From Fistulifera solaris (lineage: Eukaryota): a stretch of DNA of 64,000 nt. Positions 1 to 13,009 of this stretch are shown here, in pieces (within the stretch, counting starts at the first letter, position 1; each line of letters starts with the position of its first letter). The stretch spans positions 186,001-250,000 of the forward strand of contig AP026145.1 of the NCBI GenBank assembly GCA_030295235.1. The letters are read 5' to 3'. Position numbers and translations under genes: made by a program. The notes beneath the pieces are model-generated. The model was not told the origin of the DNA, did not search any database, and saw only the letters and a list, made by a program, of their open reading frames with translations.

Positions 1-1
1 A

Positions 2-3000
2 ATGTCTTCCCAAGATCAAAATAATTCGCAGAATGAAAGCTTAGAGAAGCAAGCAGTGGAAACTGAATCATCGCGAACGTGGAGCACGGTCGAGACAGCG
101 GCACCGGAAGATGGCCGAACAAGGAACAATTCATCGATCCCATTTCGGATGAATTTACACCAATCTAAAAAGCGTAAACGGAGAATCACAACTTCCGATA
201 TGACAGGTGGAAACTCGAGTAGCGGTAGTAGCAGCGAAGAAGATATTGGCGACGAAGAGGGGAGCAAAGCTGTTGAAAACCAACCAAGAAAAGACGCCGA
301 CACGAGTTCGAGAGGAGAGATCATTGATGGTGAACACAAGCATACAACTAACAATGACGCTGAAACTGCTGGGAATGATGGCTCTCCTCTTTCACCGCAT
401 TCTTCTTTTCCTCAACCAGAGGGCTGGAGGGTAAAGTTGTACCGTTTGAATGCAGACGGAAGCTGGGATGATTGTGGGACGGGTCGCATCGTTTGCTTAT
501 ACCGCCAACAGCAGAAGAGCAATAAGTCATTCGCTCCTGGCTCCGATCAATGGCTGTATCAAGAAACAGGCGAAGCAACATTATGTGTACATGCCGAAGT
601 AACGAAGCAGAATCGTCAGCAGCGCGTTTTGTTGAGGACGAGGATTTTGCTTCGGGACGCGTACCAACGACAAGGAGAGAATATAATAACCTGGTGCGAG
701 CCGTACTACGGTGGAGACCCAAATCAGCAGCAACGAAATTCAGCAAACCATCAGCACAGCCACGGTCATCATCACTCTAGTCCTGTCGGCGCTGGAAACA
801 ATGTCGGCGTCGACCTTGCGTTATCATTTCAAGACAATGCGGGATGTTTAGATATATGGCGCCAGATTACACATGTTCAGCATTATGCGGCAGAGCTTAT
901 GCGACAGCAGGCGCAACCAGACCGTGTTCAGGATATGGCTGCTCAGGTGGCGGCAGAGCATCACTCCAATCTACATAGGCAGCAACAGCAAGAATTATGG
1001 GCGCATTTGACCGATGAGCACACCAACTCTGTCTCTGAGGCGGAGGTACATTACAACAATTTACTGGAGCAAGCGCTGGTGCAATCGTTACCAAGTCCAC
1101 CAACACTTGAGAATTTGGAAGATATAGCGGACACGATCGCTGCTTTGCAACATACGCAATATGCCCCTCAGCAACGAGAATACTTGGCACTTTGGATCGC
1201 GAAAGATGATTGCTCTTATTTGAAACAGCTGATCGGTTTGTTTCCGGCAGCGGAGGCGAAAGGGGACTACGGGAAGCTGGCGACTTTGGCAGCATGCGTG
1301 AAAACAATCTTGCTTCTTAATGAACCTTCAATTCTGGAACTGGTCATCAATGTTGCTTCGATCTTTGAAGGCGTTTGCAGTTGTTTAGAATACGACCCCG
1401 ACTTGCGAGAGAAGGCAAATCATCGATGGTTTTTGCAAGAAAGAGCTAAGTTTCGGACAGTGGTCCCTATGGAGGACCCCGAGTTGATTTCCGCAATTCA
1501 CCGGGCATTTAGGGTCAATTTCTTGCGTGACACACTATTGCGACCAACCATGGATGAATCAGCACTGACTACACTGAGTTCACTACTTACGTTTACACAT
1601 GCTGATGTTGTCAAAGGTGTTATGCTTTCAGGGTCGGGAAAAGAGGTCGTTCTTAAAGACAGCTATTTAGTCCGGGTCATTCGTTTGCTTGCCGTGGAAG
1701 TATACGCTTTGGCTGCACTGGACTGGATCGACCTTGAAAATCACGCAAACGGAGAAAGCAAGTTGGCACTCACAGTCGCGCCGGACGACGACTTTCTGGT
1801 TGGCGACCCGTCAATTGTCGTTGGAGAGGCTTCCCTCAATACAACGTCATGGAAACAATACCTTGCACCTCAGGATCGCACACCGGCTTCGCGAAGGCTC
1901 CGCAAACGTGGTTGCTTATATTTTCTTCGTGAGCTATTCAATATGGTCCGAATGTCATTACAACAATGTGACAAAGACAACTTTTTCCCTGCTATATGTA
2001 CGCTGCCGATTGACTTGAATGAAGAACGCGAAATGCCTGATAACGCCTCACAAACAAGTCAGTTTGTGGAGGTTGGCAGCTTAGCAAGTACTATCAAGTC
2101 TTCTGGTGGAACGATAGAAGTCGAGGTACCGGGAGGAGCGCAGCTGGATATTCCTTTTCCTTCAGCGCCAGTAACGTTGTTATCATTGTTGGCGAGCGTG
2201 TTATCCGACCCTCACGCTGATTTATCTGAAAAAGTTGTGCTCTAGAAATAGTGTCGGGTGTCACGATGCACGACCCCGGTCTTGTAAGGATATGTTGTCT
2301 TGAATTTTACGATGAGTGGATCAACAGAGGCGGTTCATCGATTCGACCTGAAGCAAATGAAAGAAAACAGATTATGTTATCAATCCCTCCTCAGGATCTG
2401 CTGGCCTCGTTACTTGTCCTGTTGAATATAGAGACGGATGCTGGCCTTCTCTTACAAGTTACTGAAGTTTTGCGTGTTATTCTCGACACGGATATAACAA
2501 TTGACCAAGGCTCTTTAGGTCCCGGGTATGCTGATGACGCGGAACGCCTGCCTGCTGGAAGCTATCAGCAAACCAATCTGCGTGAACGACAGAGCCAATC
2601 GGTTGCCGCTTCAATAAGCACCGACCAGAAACAATTTTTATCGCTTTTCTACGAGCACTATATTTCATGGCTGGTGGCCCCTTTTCAATTCACTATTCTA
2701 ATACCGGTCCGCCGTGTACCAGAGGACATCCTGTTATCCCCAGATGAATCTCCTCTGATGCAGAAAATTTTGACAGCCTTCAAGCAGGGCGTCAATTCGG
2801 GGGATCATCTGTTGCACACAGTCCCGCCTTGCGCAATTCGAAGTTCTTTTGCTGTTGAACTTCTGAGCTTCTGCGTTCGTGCCCATCTGTACCGCACCAA
2901 GTTTTTCTTGCTGAAATCTCGTGTGCTGGGAAGTATATTGAAGTTGCTTGGTCCACAACAGCATCTTCATGGCGCGTCTGGGGACCGATGTTTGAAACTT

Positions 3001-3744
3001 GCAGCTCTACGGCTTTTGCGCGCCATCTTGTCCGTGAACGACGAGTTCTATTTTCGACACATCATACAACACGATCTATTCGCTCCTGTTTTCGAAGCAT
3101 TTCGCTCCAATCCAGTGGGAGATAATCTGGTCTCTTCGGCAATCATCGAAATGTGTGATTTTATCCACACGGAAAACATCAAATCTCTTATCGAGTACAT
3201 TGTGACTCAGCATCTATCCCCTGCCGATTCGAGTGAGAAACCCACTTTGGAGGATGTGTCAAGTCCTTACGTTTCTACATTTACAGTTCTTCGTAAGGCC
3301 TACGAATCGAATATGCAACTCAAAATGGATGCGGGTGGGTTTACAGAAGCTCGCGATGGATCCTCTACGGATCCGAGGGATTTCGGCACTGCGTCGCAAG
3401 GTGCGCATGGGGTCGGGTCGAACGAACGACACCTTACTGGAACGGCTCTGGAAGACCAACGCAAGTTTCAGCAGATGGATGAAGAAGAATCATATTTTGA
3501 AGCGGATGACGACATTGGGATTACCGACCGAGCTACTTCTGAAAGGAGCGATACCAGTAGCTCCAGAGTCTTCGAAGAAGATCCTCGAGCAAGAGATTCC
3601 GTCAACAGTGGCTCGATCACTGCGAGCAAAAATGACATATTTGCTGATCACGTTTTTGAGTGTCCAGCGAACAGGAGCAGTGAAGACAAAGCAATGGCCG
3701 TACAAGCTAGAATGTATCTGTGTTGGCAAATAAGAGTAATTTGA
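2..3744 (+). CDS. Protein phosphatase 4 regulatory subunit 3 (SMEK/Psy2) homolog; apparent frameshift near 2230
   Basis: EVH1-like [22 protein letters not shown]-1-type motifs CLEYDP, HRWFL and [11 protein letters not shown]. Adding one A to the A-run at about 2229 joins ORF 2..2245 to 2251..3744 ([11 protein letters not shown]). Confidence 0.85.
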
Positions 3745-4228
3745 AAGATTTTTGGACGGGGGATGATACAAAGCCAATCACTGGGTATCGGTTCCCGACG
3801 TGCGAATCGATAATGGAAAGCTGTCCAAGATAAGAATTTTTATATACGATTTTTCTTGCCGCTTATGACGCTTTCGTTGCCGCCATCGTTCCAGGTTCGG
3901 AGAAAGGACAACATTGGCTGCCAATAGCACCCTAGGTCAGTACCGCTAAGACTATCTGTATCTTAGCAAACTCGTTTTGCCTTGCTTCTATTCTCTCTCA
4001 TATTGTAGACAACAATGACTTTCAAGTACCAGTTGGCCACTATTTAACTTAAAGTGTTATGAGCAAGAGTAGTCATCGGTCATAATTATTTTGGGGGTGG
4101 CCTTATTTCGATATATTTCCCCTCGTTTCCGCGTCTGTGAAATAGGACGCGGTCGGAATAAGCGTTGATTGAAAACAATACACAATGGAGAGCTGCTAAA
4201 GAATCTTTGCCCTTGCACTACTTTCATT

Positions 4229-4810
4229 ATGCATCCGTTAAATACAACATTAGAGGATCTACCGCATGAGCAAAATACACCGAAGCGCCGGTCATCGCTT
4301 GATAACTCGTTGCTGGCACCAGGAAGGTCTTCGCGACTCCTAACGCATGCGGATGATGAAGACGGTAACCGACCGCGCCGACTAAGCTTAGACAATCACG
4401 CAAGAATAGCTATTACTTTCCTTGCCAGTGGTCATTTGAAGCGAACGCATGGTGATCTCGACATGGATTATCATAAATCCGATCATGGGCCTCAACAGGG
4501 AGACGCAAAGAAGCTTTCATCAACTGGCACAACCGAAGAGGTTTCGGACGGAGAATCAACGATTAGTTACGACGATTGCGACTCATTTTGTGACGCTTCC
4601 GTACAACAAGAGGCAGATAAGGATTACCTACGAAAAGACCTTGGCGCAAGCTGTGTATGGGACGATGTCACGGTTGACACAGGTTTAGTAGAAGAGCTGG
4701 AGGAAATGAGCCTCGATTCTGTTCCTGAAGATCTTTGCGAGGTAGAAGACGAAGACGAAGACGGTGATGAAAAGAAAAAGACCACCGACTGCAGATTCAG
4801 ATTCAGCTAA
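4229..4810 (+). CDS. Hypothetical acidic low-complexity protein
   Basis: ORF of about 190 aa from the first ATG with RRSSL/RRLSL motifs; no recognisable domain. The C-terminus may be frameshifted. Confidence 0.5.
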   Translation: MHPLNTTLEDLPHEQNTPKRRSSLDNSLLAPGRSSRLLTHADDEDGNRPRRLSLDNHARIAITFLASGHLKRTHGDLDMDYHKSDHGPQQGDAKKLSSTGTTEEVSDGESTISYDDCDSFCDASVQQEADKDYLRKDLGASCVWDDVTVDTGLVEELEEMSLDSVPEDLCEVEDEDEDGDEKKKTTDCRFRFS

Positions 4811-5372
4811 TCAAGAACAGGGTACCGTCGCTGTGTTAAAGAGAGCGAAAAGGCGGAGCTTCACCAAGAGAATACCCCGTATTCTATTCCGCAGTAAATC
4901 TCCTAAAGTGAATATTCGGAGGAAATCGACCACGCCAGTGCAAGATCAACCATAATCACCCATTGTACCTGGTATCACCTTTATGCTATAGATCAGATCA
5001 CTTTGCCGTACTCACGACAAGGGATCACTAATTAAAGCGATCACATTACACAGACGAACACCTTGCTACACTTATCAAGAAATATGTATTCGCTGTATTC
5101 ACTGGTAAGGTAGACGACGGTCAAGGTCTATAATATTAGGGTGGAAAATGGCCAATCTTGTAATCTTGCGTTTAGCGACGTCGGGATATTCTCCTCAAGT
5201 GTCACAATCGGCCGATCTAGAATGAATGACCGATCCTTCCGAACTCAATCAACAATCAAACTTTCGTATTTGATAGAGATAGCCAAAGGCATAATATGTT
5301 GAACATAGATGTGTTGGACGCCTTGACGACTGACTTTTACATGCGGTATAGCCGAAACCAAGACGGGAGGAC

Positions 5373-5459
5373 ATCCGAAACGACGTTAAAATTCTGCCTT
5401 CCCGTAGGCGTTACGTAGAATCTTGTACGGAGGCTGAATTTTAACGCCCTTTCTCGGAT
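5373..5459. repeat. Hairpin (MITE-like) element of about 80 bp, copy 1
   Basis: Terminal inverted repeats gaaacgacgttaaaattc ... gaattttaacgccctttc; homologous to the reverse complement of 6768-6859. Confidence 0.75.
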
Positions 5460-5687
5460 CTTTTGAAGATGCCTTCGAAGTATTTCCTCTAGCGGTACTA
5501 AGTACACTTTTTTTGTATACTAAGGTTTTCGATAGATCACACCGCGTTGACGATGCACGACAAGAGAGGCACTTGGAGGAAAAAAGCCAGCTATTAGTGT
5601 TGCTTATCAAAGATCTTTCATACCAGGTATAACAGAAGGTTGAACGATTTTAAACACGCTGCCTACTCGTTACTTGCTTAGTTGAAC

Positions 5688-6222
5688 ATGTCGAAACGCC
5701 TGTTGAAGGTACGTGCGGATTGTGGAGGACAAGAAATGTCGAACCGCGTTGAGTGTTTCTGATTGCGTTCCTTTGCTCCTTTTTTTCTTATTGCAGGAAC
5801 GCCAAAAGCTTGAACAGACTCCGTTGAGTTACGTCAAGAACATTGATCTAGTAGGAGATGATTTATTCGTTTGGGATGTCACCTTGAGCGGCCCTCCGGA
5901 TTCGCCGTATTTTGGGGGTAGCTTCATTTTGCGCTTGGAGTTCCCCACTCAATACCCCTTCAAGGCGCCGGTCCTCAAATTCCAAACGCCAATTTACCAT
6001 CCTTCTGTTTTGAAACAGACGGGCGAAGTATGCGGTGCTGTTCTTGGCCAGTGGGGTCCTACCTTGACCGCTGAACACTGCTTGCTGACAGTCTACAGCC
6101 TTCTCCAGGACCCCCAGCCAGATCATCCTCTAGAGGAAGATATCGCACAGCAGCTGGCGACTAATCGTAAAGAGTTTGAAAAGATTGCGAAGAAGATGAC
6201 GAAAGAGCACGCTATGAAATAG
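5688..6222 (+). CDS. Ubiquitin-conjugating enzyme E2 (2 exons; intron 5709-5796)
   Basis: Splicing gives MSKRLLKERQKL; GPPDSPYFGG, FPTQYPFKAP, YHPSV...GEVC catalytic Cys; GT..AG intron. Confidence 0.93.
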
Positions 6223-6767
6223 GTCTGAAAAGGAAACTAGAAAATTTTGACCGACCAGGTCGCTCACGAGACGTTAAATGCGCACCTTAACTTATTTGGT
6301 TACTAGTTTTTCATTGATTTCACATTGATGCTTCGTGCTCAATCAAATCATAATTGTTGGCGCATTTAAGCTCGCCGATGCTTAGAAACATGTCATATTG
6401 GCTCGACAACGAGATATTCTTTTACCAGTAACTTGGTATCCAACTGCATCGTTATTATACCAAAGTAACTCTCAAAATCGCCGCTTATTAATACCCACGA
6501 AGGACCATCCATTGGCTGTCAGCTGAATCATGTTACACAGCTGAAAAACAAGAGACAGTTCATTACACAAACTCGTTGTCAATATAAATCATTTTTCTTT
6601 TGCAATGTGACGGTAACCAATAGTCGATAGAAGCGACAAGTATCGCTATTGCTCTTTTAGGCTTCAAAACTTCAATAGGTAAATAAGATCATCATCATCA
6701 TTTCTAGTCTCTTTAGTCGTCTAAGAAACATCCACACGAGACCGGAATGATTCACGAAAACGTAACC

Positions 6768-6859
6768 CAATTGGAAAGGACGTTTTAAAATTCTGCCTCT
6801 CGGTACAAATTTCTACGTAGAGGCTACGGCGAGGAAGAATTTTAACGTCGTTTCCATTG
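6768..6859. repeat. Hairpin (MITE-like) element of about 80 bp, copy 2 (inverted relative to copy 1)
   Basis: ggaaaggacgttttaaaattc ... gaattttaacgtcgtttcc; its reverse complement aligns to 5377-5453 including the internal part. Confidence 0.75.
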
Positions 6860-7389
6860 CAGTATACAATCCCCTTATTCATACTGTAGGCTGGTAACTA
6901 AACTACAGCACTTTATAAGTGCGCTGGTGATATAGGGGCAATAGTAGGCATGTCTACTGAATCTTTTATAAAAATATTTCGCAAGCTCGCAAATAAGAGA
7001 TCACGCTCATAGTATCACTCAATCCGGTACTGCATTCCCATAGTAATCATCCATTTAGCGGACTCAACGCACACGAAAGCCTTCGCTCACATTTTTAGTG
7101 AGTCGCTAATCCATTTTCGGCGGAAGGAGAAAACAAAACCAAACTCGGCTGCACCTATTCGGAGTAAAGTATTTGCAACGCATTGAATCGTCCAACATTC
7201 GAAGGCGAGAGATTGCGATCATTGAAAGTGACAGCCTGCAGCTAGACGCGTATTACCCTCGTTGCTGTTCTTCAGCTATTCGTACCCAGAATCTGTCCAT
7301 TGAATCGATTGTCTACCATAACAAAGGTAGACAGTCAACGAAAAGATTTAAAAATCGCCTCTCCGCTCAGTTATATTTTGCAGGCAGCA

Positions 7390-8660
7390 ATGGGTCAATG
7401 CTCAACGCTGCCTGCGGAGACTCGTCATTCTCCGTCTGGTCACGTTGCCCAACCCGCTTTTTTCTCCCTGTCAGCAGTATGCAGCGAGAAGACAAAAAGA
7501 AGCAGCGGCTCAGTGAAGGGGGCAGACGTGGAAGCATGGACTTCAATGGGATTTCACCCCAACCAAGAGTTGCCCATGGCACTGTTAGCCAATTTCGTGT
7601 TCAGTCAAGGGAAGCCGAAAGACAGTCGAACGGTGATGACAACGAAGATAACATGGACATCGATACGCGAGACGAGGCTCCCATAATGATTTCGGCTCTC
7701 CCAGAAGGTGCGGTAAAGACTCGTTGCTATAAGTTAAACCTCAATTCGGAAATTGTACATGAAACAAGCCCTACCAAACAACAAACTTGTCTCGGACCGT
7801 TCAGTGAGCCTCCGCCATTCTTGACGTACAGCTCTTCCGAAGATTCATCCCAGGATGTAGATATGACCGAAGTTGCAATTAAAACGGCTCAAATCTTTCG
7901 AGGGATTACTGTTGGCCGTGACGGGACAATCCTATCACAAAATGCCAGGGCTACGCGCAGCAATAGAGGGGCTAAAACAAAACGAGGTGAAAAATCACGG
8001 CAAGCAGCAAAGATTGATAAAGCGAATGACTTGGTCGAGGAAGCTGTTATGAACGCTCTGGAGACCGATGAGCCTGTGAATATGGTTTCGTTGATAATTG
8101 TAGGAGAATACGACGACATGAAACAGCTCGTTCGCGACGGATCGAAAAAACTCCGCGATGCGGAAGGGCTTCCTGATGAGGCACTTTTGGCCATAAACCG
8201 CCCCAGACCTGGATCGTTAGTTTCTAAGAATCGATCGAAAGTCTCGGCCTCGAGTAATTCCTCGCGGAAACGCAATTCAGTCTCTCCTAACTATGTGAAC
8301 GGTCAAAGGACAGCCGCAATGCAGAGTCTAGATAACGAGCAAATCACGGTATCGCCGCATCCGCTTTCTCCACCGAAGCTGAAGAGCCATCCCCGTGATA
8401 CACGGCCTGCTCGCCGTGAATACCGAGCAAACATGAGAATGCGCCTTGAAGCTTGCAGCGACTTCATGGATCCCCGACACTCGAGCATGCCTGGAAACAA
8501 TGACTGGAGTCAGGCATGGAATATATGGAACTGTGTTGGAAGCGGAGCTGTAAGTCCCTTGCAGCAAACTGCCCCCAACGAGAATTTCATGGTTTTCGAA
8601 GGCAGAGATGCCAGTTATGGAACAGCAAGAGAAGGCGGAGTAACGGGACGCGCTAACTAA
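7390..8660 (+). CDS. Hypothetical protein, possibly N-myristoylated (MGQCST...)
   Basis: Open frame of over 400 aa. The ATG at 7390 gives MGQCSTL in an adjacent frame that would join the main ORF through an indel near the T-run at about 7460; an in-frame alternative ATG lies at 7398. Confidence 0.6.
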
Positions 8661-8762
8661 TTTACTCCTACTCGTCGCAGCAAGAGTTGAAACAGCTGCT
8701 ATAACAATAAATTACACTTTGACCAAGCTTCTAATTTCATCTCTTGAACGGTTTTCAAATTG

Positions 8763-10710
8763 TTACTTGACTCGTTCAAGTTCATCGAGTCGCTGTCTTA
8801 GTTGCTCCACTTCTCGCTCACTTTGAGCTACTTCTTGCGAGATCATCATGAATCTTACCCTAGACTGCTCTAATTCTTCATGAAGCCGCCAATACCGAAA
8901 AGAAACGTCAGTTACCTCACGTGAGGAATGGAATTGTAATTCGTTTTCTTCGTATTGATACTTTTCACTCTTTGTCATGTTCTCAGAAAAGTCAAGATCT
9001 TTGACGTCGATATAACACGACGCGAGTGGTATTGTCGACATATTAAAGTCAACATCCTTAAGGTGCTCGTTTGGATTTTTCAGAAAGTCTTCAATATCCA
9101 TTCGTTCAAAGTCGTCAAGAACTGATTTCATTTCCGCAAATTGTACGTCCGAAGAGGAGCCGTTCAATTGTTCAGACATGGGGAGTGTCCCCAATTTCTC
9201 GTCAAATTGTCTACACTTTGGGGCAACTTCGTTCTTTCTCTGACGAGGTGAAGTCCTCTTAGAAGGCGGGCTTCTACACGATGTCCCCTTGTCATTACTC
9301 TCAGCGACAAGAAGTTCTGCGACGGACCTTCTCACTTGTCTTTCTTCCTTGGGAGAAGAAGGCGGAGAAAAAGCAACTTCCACCATCTGAGTTGCTAAAG
9401 TTTCCTTTAATGAGCGCCGTCTTGGTTTCTCATGGGAAGACAAGTATGTGCACGGTCTCGGCTCCTTCTCGGTCTGCATATACTTCTTTTCATTTGGTGT
9501 TCGGCTCGAGTTGGTTTCTTCACTTTCAGGGAGCGTACCAAGTGAATGCACTGCTTCTTTGGTTTTGCCGCTATGTTCATGGGCTTTATCTTCAAGAGAA
9601 TCAAACGCGCAAGGAAATCCGGCGCCGGTCGAGAAACGTGTTTCCTCTTCTTCATCCGTCCTCGCACTGTAAGCATTCAAGTCTTCATTACTTCTTTCAG
9701 ATGGGTGTGACATTGCATTGCGAATTGGGTCATGATCATGGACCTGTTCAGTTTCCGCTTGAGTGCTCGGCATATCAGTTGAATCGGAAACGTCCGTTGA
9801 CTCGTCATCCGATGAAGAGTCACTCATTCGATAATGATCATTGTTCCGCCTTTTGAAATCATGAGCAAGATCTTTTGACTGCACCGCCTGACAAATAACT
9901 TCAGGTACAAATTCGCCCAGATTAAGCTGATTGAACGAATCCTGCAAATCCGAAGAATGGACTATTTGAATCGTCGCTGTCACTTTCGTCTTCAAGCTGT
10001 CATGGGCAGCTGTATCGACTCGCGAGTTTTCCTTTGCCTTTCGATTTTTCTTGACAAATGATTTGAGGAGCGTCTTAGTTTTCGGTGGAGAATCGGTTTC
10101 TGGTTTAACGATCGTTGCCGAGTTTTGACTTTGCTGTGAATCCGCAACGGCAGCGAAATTGACTTTGATTTCCCCTATGTGTTTTACTTTGCTACCGCCA
10201 TTTGGGCTCCGCTCCACAGATTTTACTGCGCCCATAAACCTCTCCGAAATGCTTCTCTTCACGAAGCTTTTCCTTGGCGAATTGGGTTTCTCTCCTGCTG
10301 CTATCGGCGTCCCCCCGCGTAATTTTTTCTCGAATGGTGCGGCGTGGAGACAGATGCTTGTCCCGTTCGACGTGAGATACACGATCTCTCTGTGTTGCTT
10401 TTGGGGATTCAGGATGATCTTGATTATTAGATCCGTCGACGTAAATTTCCTGTGTCTCTTCTAAGTGTGTCGTTGCATTGTTTGATGTATTTTGTGTTGA
10501 TACCACTGCAGCATCTAAAGAGTTCCCACTGCATTCCTCCGCTGAATCAGTCACTGGCTGATCCTCTACAGAATCTTTATCATAAAGAATGCCGTCAATT
10601 GACCCATCAAGCTTCGAACTGCTGTGCAACAAGCTTCGGTCATCCTCAGCCTTGCCGAAGATGTTCATAAAGTTCGGTTTCTTCCGGAAGCGCGACATGA
10701 TGCTTGCCAA
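8763..10710 (-). CDS. Hypothetical Ser/Glu-rich protein with C-terminal coiled coil; apparent frameshift near 10200-10380
   Basis: Overlapping ORFs 10192..10710 and 8763..10382; heptad-like C-terminus. Confidence 0.6.
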
Positions 10711-11327
10711 CTATCTTCGCACGGTATGTGAATGTGAAAACATTTAGGTTTATCTCAATTCGCAACAAATGCTGTAATAAAAGGAGGATGTGTTAGATAT
10801 TCGATAGCACGATGTGATGATATAAATGCAAAAGGATGAACTTTGGGAGTTTTTGTCCTTCCGAGCTCCGCTCGTTGCGTTTTCGTCCATCGTCCCATCA
10901 ATTAAAAGTATTTAAATGAAAAACGTCTATGTTAAAGTACTCTGAACCTTTTTTGTGGGAAGTCCCTTTACGACTCTATGACTTTGTCTAATTAATAAAT
11001 ACTAACTGTAGATTGAGTCACAGGTCACGGTCACTGATCAGTTTACTTATTGGAAACTGGCATCCATCTGGCATTGAGCTTCATGCTTTCTTTCCGTCTT
11101 TCGCATTCTGTTCCCTTCCAACTTTCATAGAGAACACTTCAACAAAGGAACAAACAAAGCAAGGAATTGCATGACGAATTCTTTGCGGAAGAAACAAATG
11201 AGATTAGAAAAGCTCTCAAGCATCAAGGCGAAGATGTGAAGTAAGCGTTCATTATTTTTATTTGAGAGCAACGCCCAAAGCCAGCAAGCCTTGAGAGCCA
11301 ATAGTTCCATCGTTTACTGTCTCTAGA

Positions 11328-11804
11328 ATGGAGTTAATGTGCCGTTCTGATGCCATTGGCAAAGATACCGCTTTCGCTGTCGACGGCCCAATAACGTGCT
11401 ATGAGTTCATTGGAATGGATATGCTGGAAGAATGCGATGACGCCGATGGGTACGGAAGCGACTCATCTTACTGCTCCTATTGCAACAACTCGGTAAATCT
11501 CTCGAAAGTCCCGAAAAAAGTTGCAGAGCAGCGGCAGCGGCGGCGCTCGTCCATGAATGGAGGCGTTCGTTACTCCGCTTTGACCAAGAGCGAGATGCCG
11601 AGATCGGCCTCTGTCAACGAGATGATGAGCTGGCTTAATATGGGCAGTGACAACACCGATGTGCTCTCCAGTTTCAGTCTTGAAGTGACGAAATTGACCC
11701 CACTCAAGACTTTCGACAAAAGCGGCGGGCAGTTGACTCGCTCCTTTTCAAGTGAAGTTCTATCTTCTCAAGCTGTGGCGGGAGGTGCCGGACGAGCCGC
11801 TTAG
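11328..11804 (+). CDS. Hypothetical protein
   Basis: 158-aa ATG ORF with coding-like composition in AT-rich flanks. Confidence 0.5.
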   Translation: MELMCRSDAIGKDTAFAVDGPITCYEFIGMDMLEECDDADGYGSDSSYCSYCNNSVNLSKVPKKVAEQRQRRRSSMNGGVRYSALTKSEMPRSASVNEMMSWLNMGSDNTDVLSSFSLEVTKLTPLKTFDKSGGQLTRSFSSEVLSSQAVAGGAGRAA

Positions 11805-12369
11805 CTACATGTCATTTCATTTTGCCTTGATACTCATCGCTCATTGCAACTTAACGTATCTATCTTTCGCATAATACTTTTAAAATTAATATTATGTTTT
11901 ATGCTTTTATTCCATCGAGCTATAATTGCAACAAATATCCTACGTGCCTTGCAACTTCGGACATATAGACCCAACATACCCGTGACTGGATTCGGTCACG
12001 AGACGAGTGAACATTCCGCCTCAAAGTAAGTTATGGTACCGGTACCGTACTGCACCTGATACCTGGTAAGTCTAATGCCGGCGCTAGGATTTAAAACAAG
12101 GCGTGGTTGTCATTTGTCATTGTAAGAGATCCCTTCACCTGCAACAAGAGACAAAATAATGCCGAGACCAAAAATGCAACAAAACACCCTCGTCCAACTA
12201 GACTAGCGAAAGGGTTTAGGGACAACCATTTTTGCCAGTGAAATTCAAACATCATTCTCTTCTGCTCCTTAATACAGAAAAATAGATGCCTGAATTGCAC
12301 ATGCAACTACAACATATTGACTCTACTGGTACCGAAACAATGGACGTATGAACTCAAAGTCTCGTTGGA

Positions 12370-12840
12370 TTCTTAGTGACTGAAATCCAGTCGTGGCGAA
12401 AACGGACAACACTTTGAGCCTACAGTAATAACGGAAAGACCAATTTACAGACCATTTCGGCATAAAGCAGCATGGCGTGCATGGTAGCAGCTTCTGGAGG
12501 TATTTCACTGCAAAAAATGATTATGTTAGTTTTTTTTTAAAAAGACCTATGGTTCGATAGCAATCCGTATCGGAAAAGTCGCCTCATGACTGAAATGCAG
12601 TCGTGGTAAAGTTGATACTCGGTAAAACACTTGAGCCTATAGTCAACATGACCGACATGAACAAATCGTTTTGCGCGCTGTAATGAAGCTGTAGGTAAAA
12701 GTTCATCGTTATTGTGACTAAGATAGCTAACGAAATTGGTTTCACGAATGGCTAGCTTCGGCAAGACGTAAAAAAGCAAATTCGTGACTGAATTGCAGTC
12801 TAGGAAAAAGTCGTCTACACATACGCTTAGAGTCCATGAG
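12370..12840 (+). repeat. Degenerate tandem copies (about 200-210 bp spacing) of the GACTG-N5-CAGTC element
   Basis: gactgaaatccagtcgtgg (12378), gactgaaatgcagtcgtgg (12588), gactgaattgcagtctagg (12786). Confidence 0.65.
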
Positions 12841-13009
12841 AAAGCTTTATCACTGCGACATTCATTTAGATTTTTTCGCGCCTCGCGTTTCCTTTCGTTT
12901 GCATTTTCTCTATCGTACCACTATCCGTCCTCGCGCGGAAAGAAAGCTGCAGCATTTTACTATTTTGCAAGTAAATAAAAGAAGCAAGGAGGTCTTCTGC
13001 GATGCACCA

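Noticed and set aside
2245..2251. Stop-codon readthrough or two separate genes at the SMEK locus
   Set aside because: The two ORFs are in different frames and one extra A in the homopolymer restores a continuous protein.
6805..6830. Homology between the hairpin element interior and the 213-bp satellite core
   Set aside because: Only about 20 bp of gapped similarity, too weak to assert by eye.
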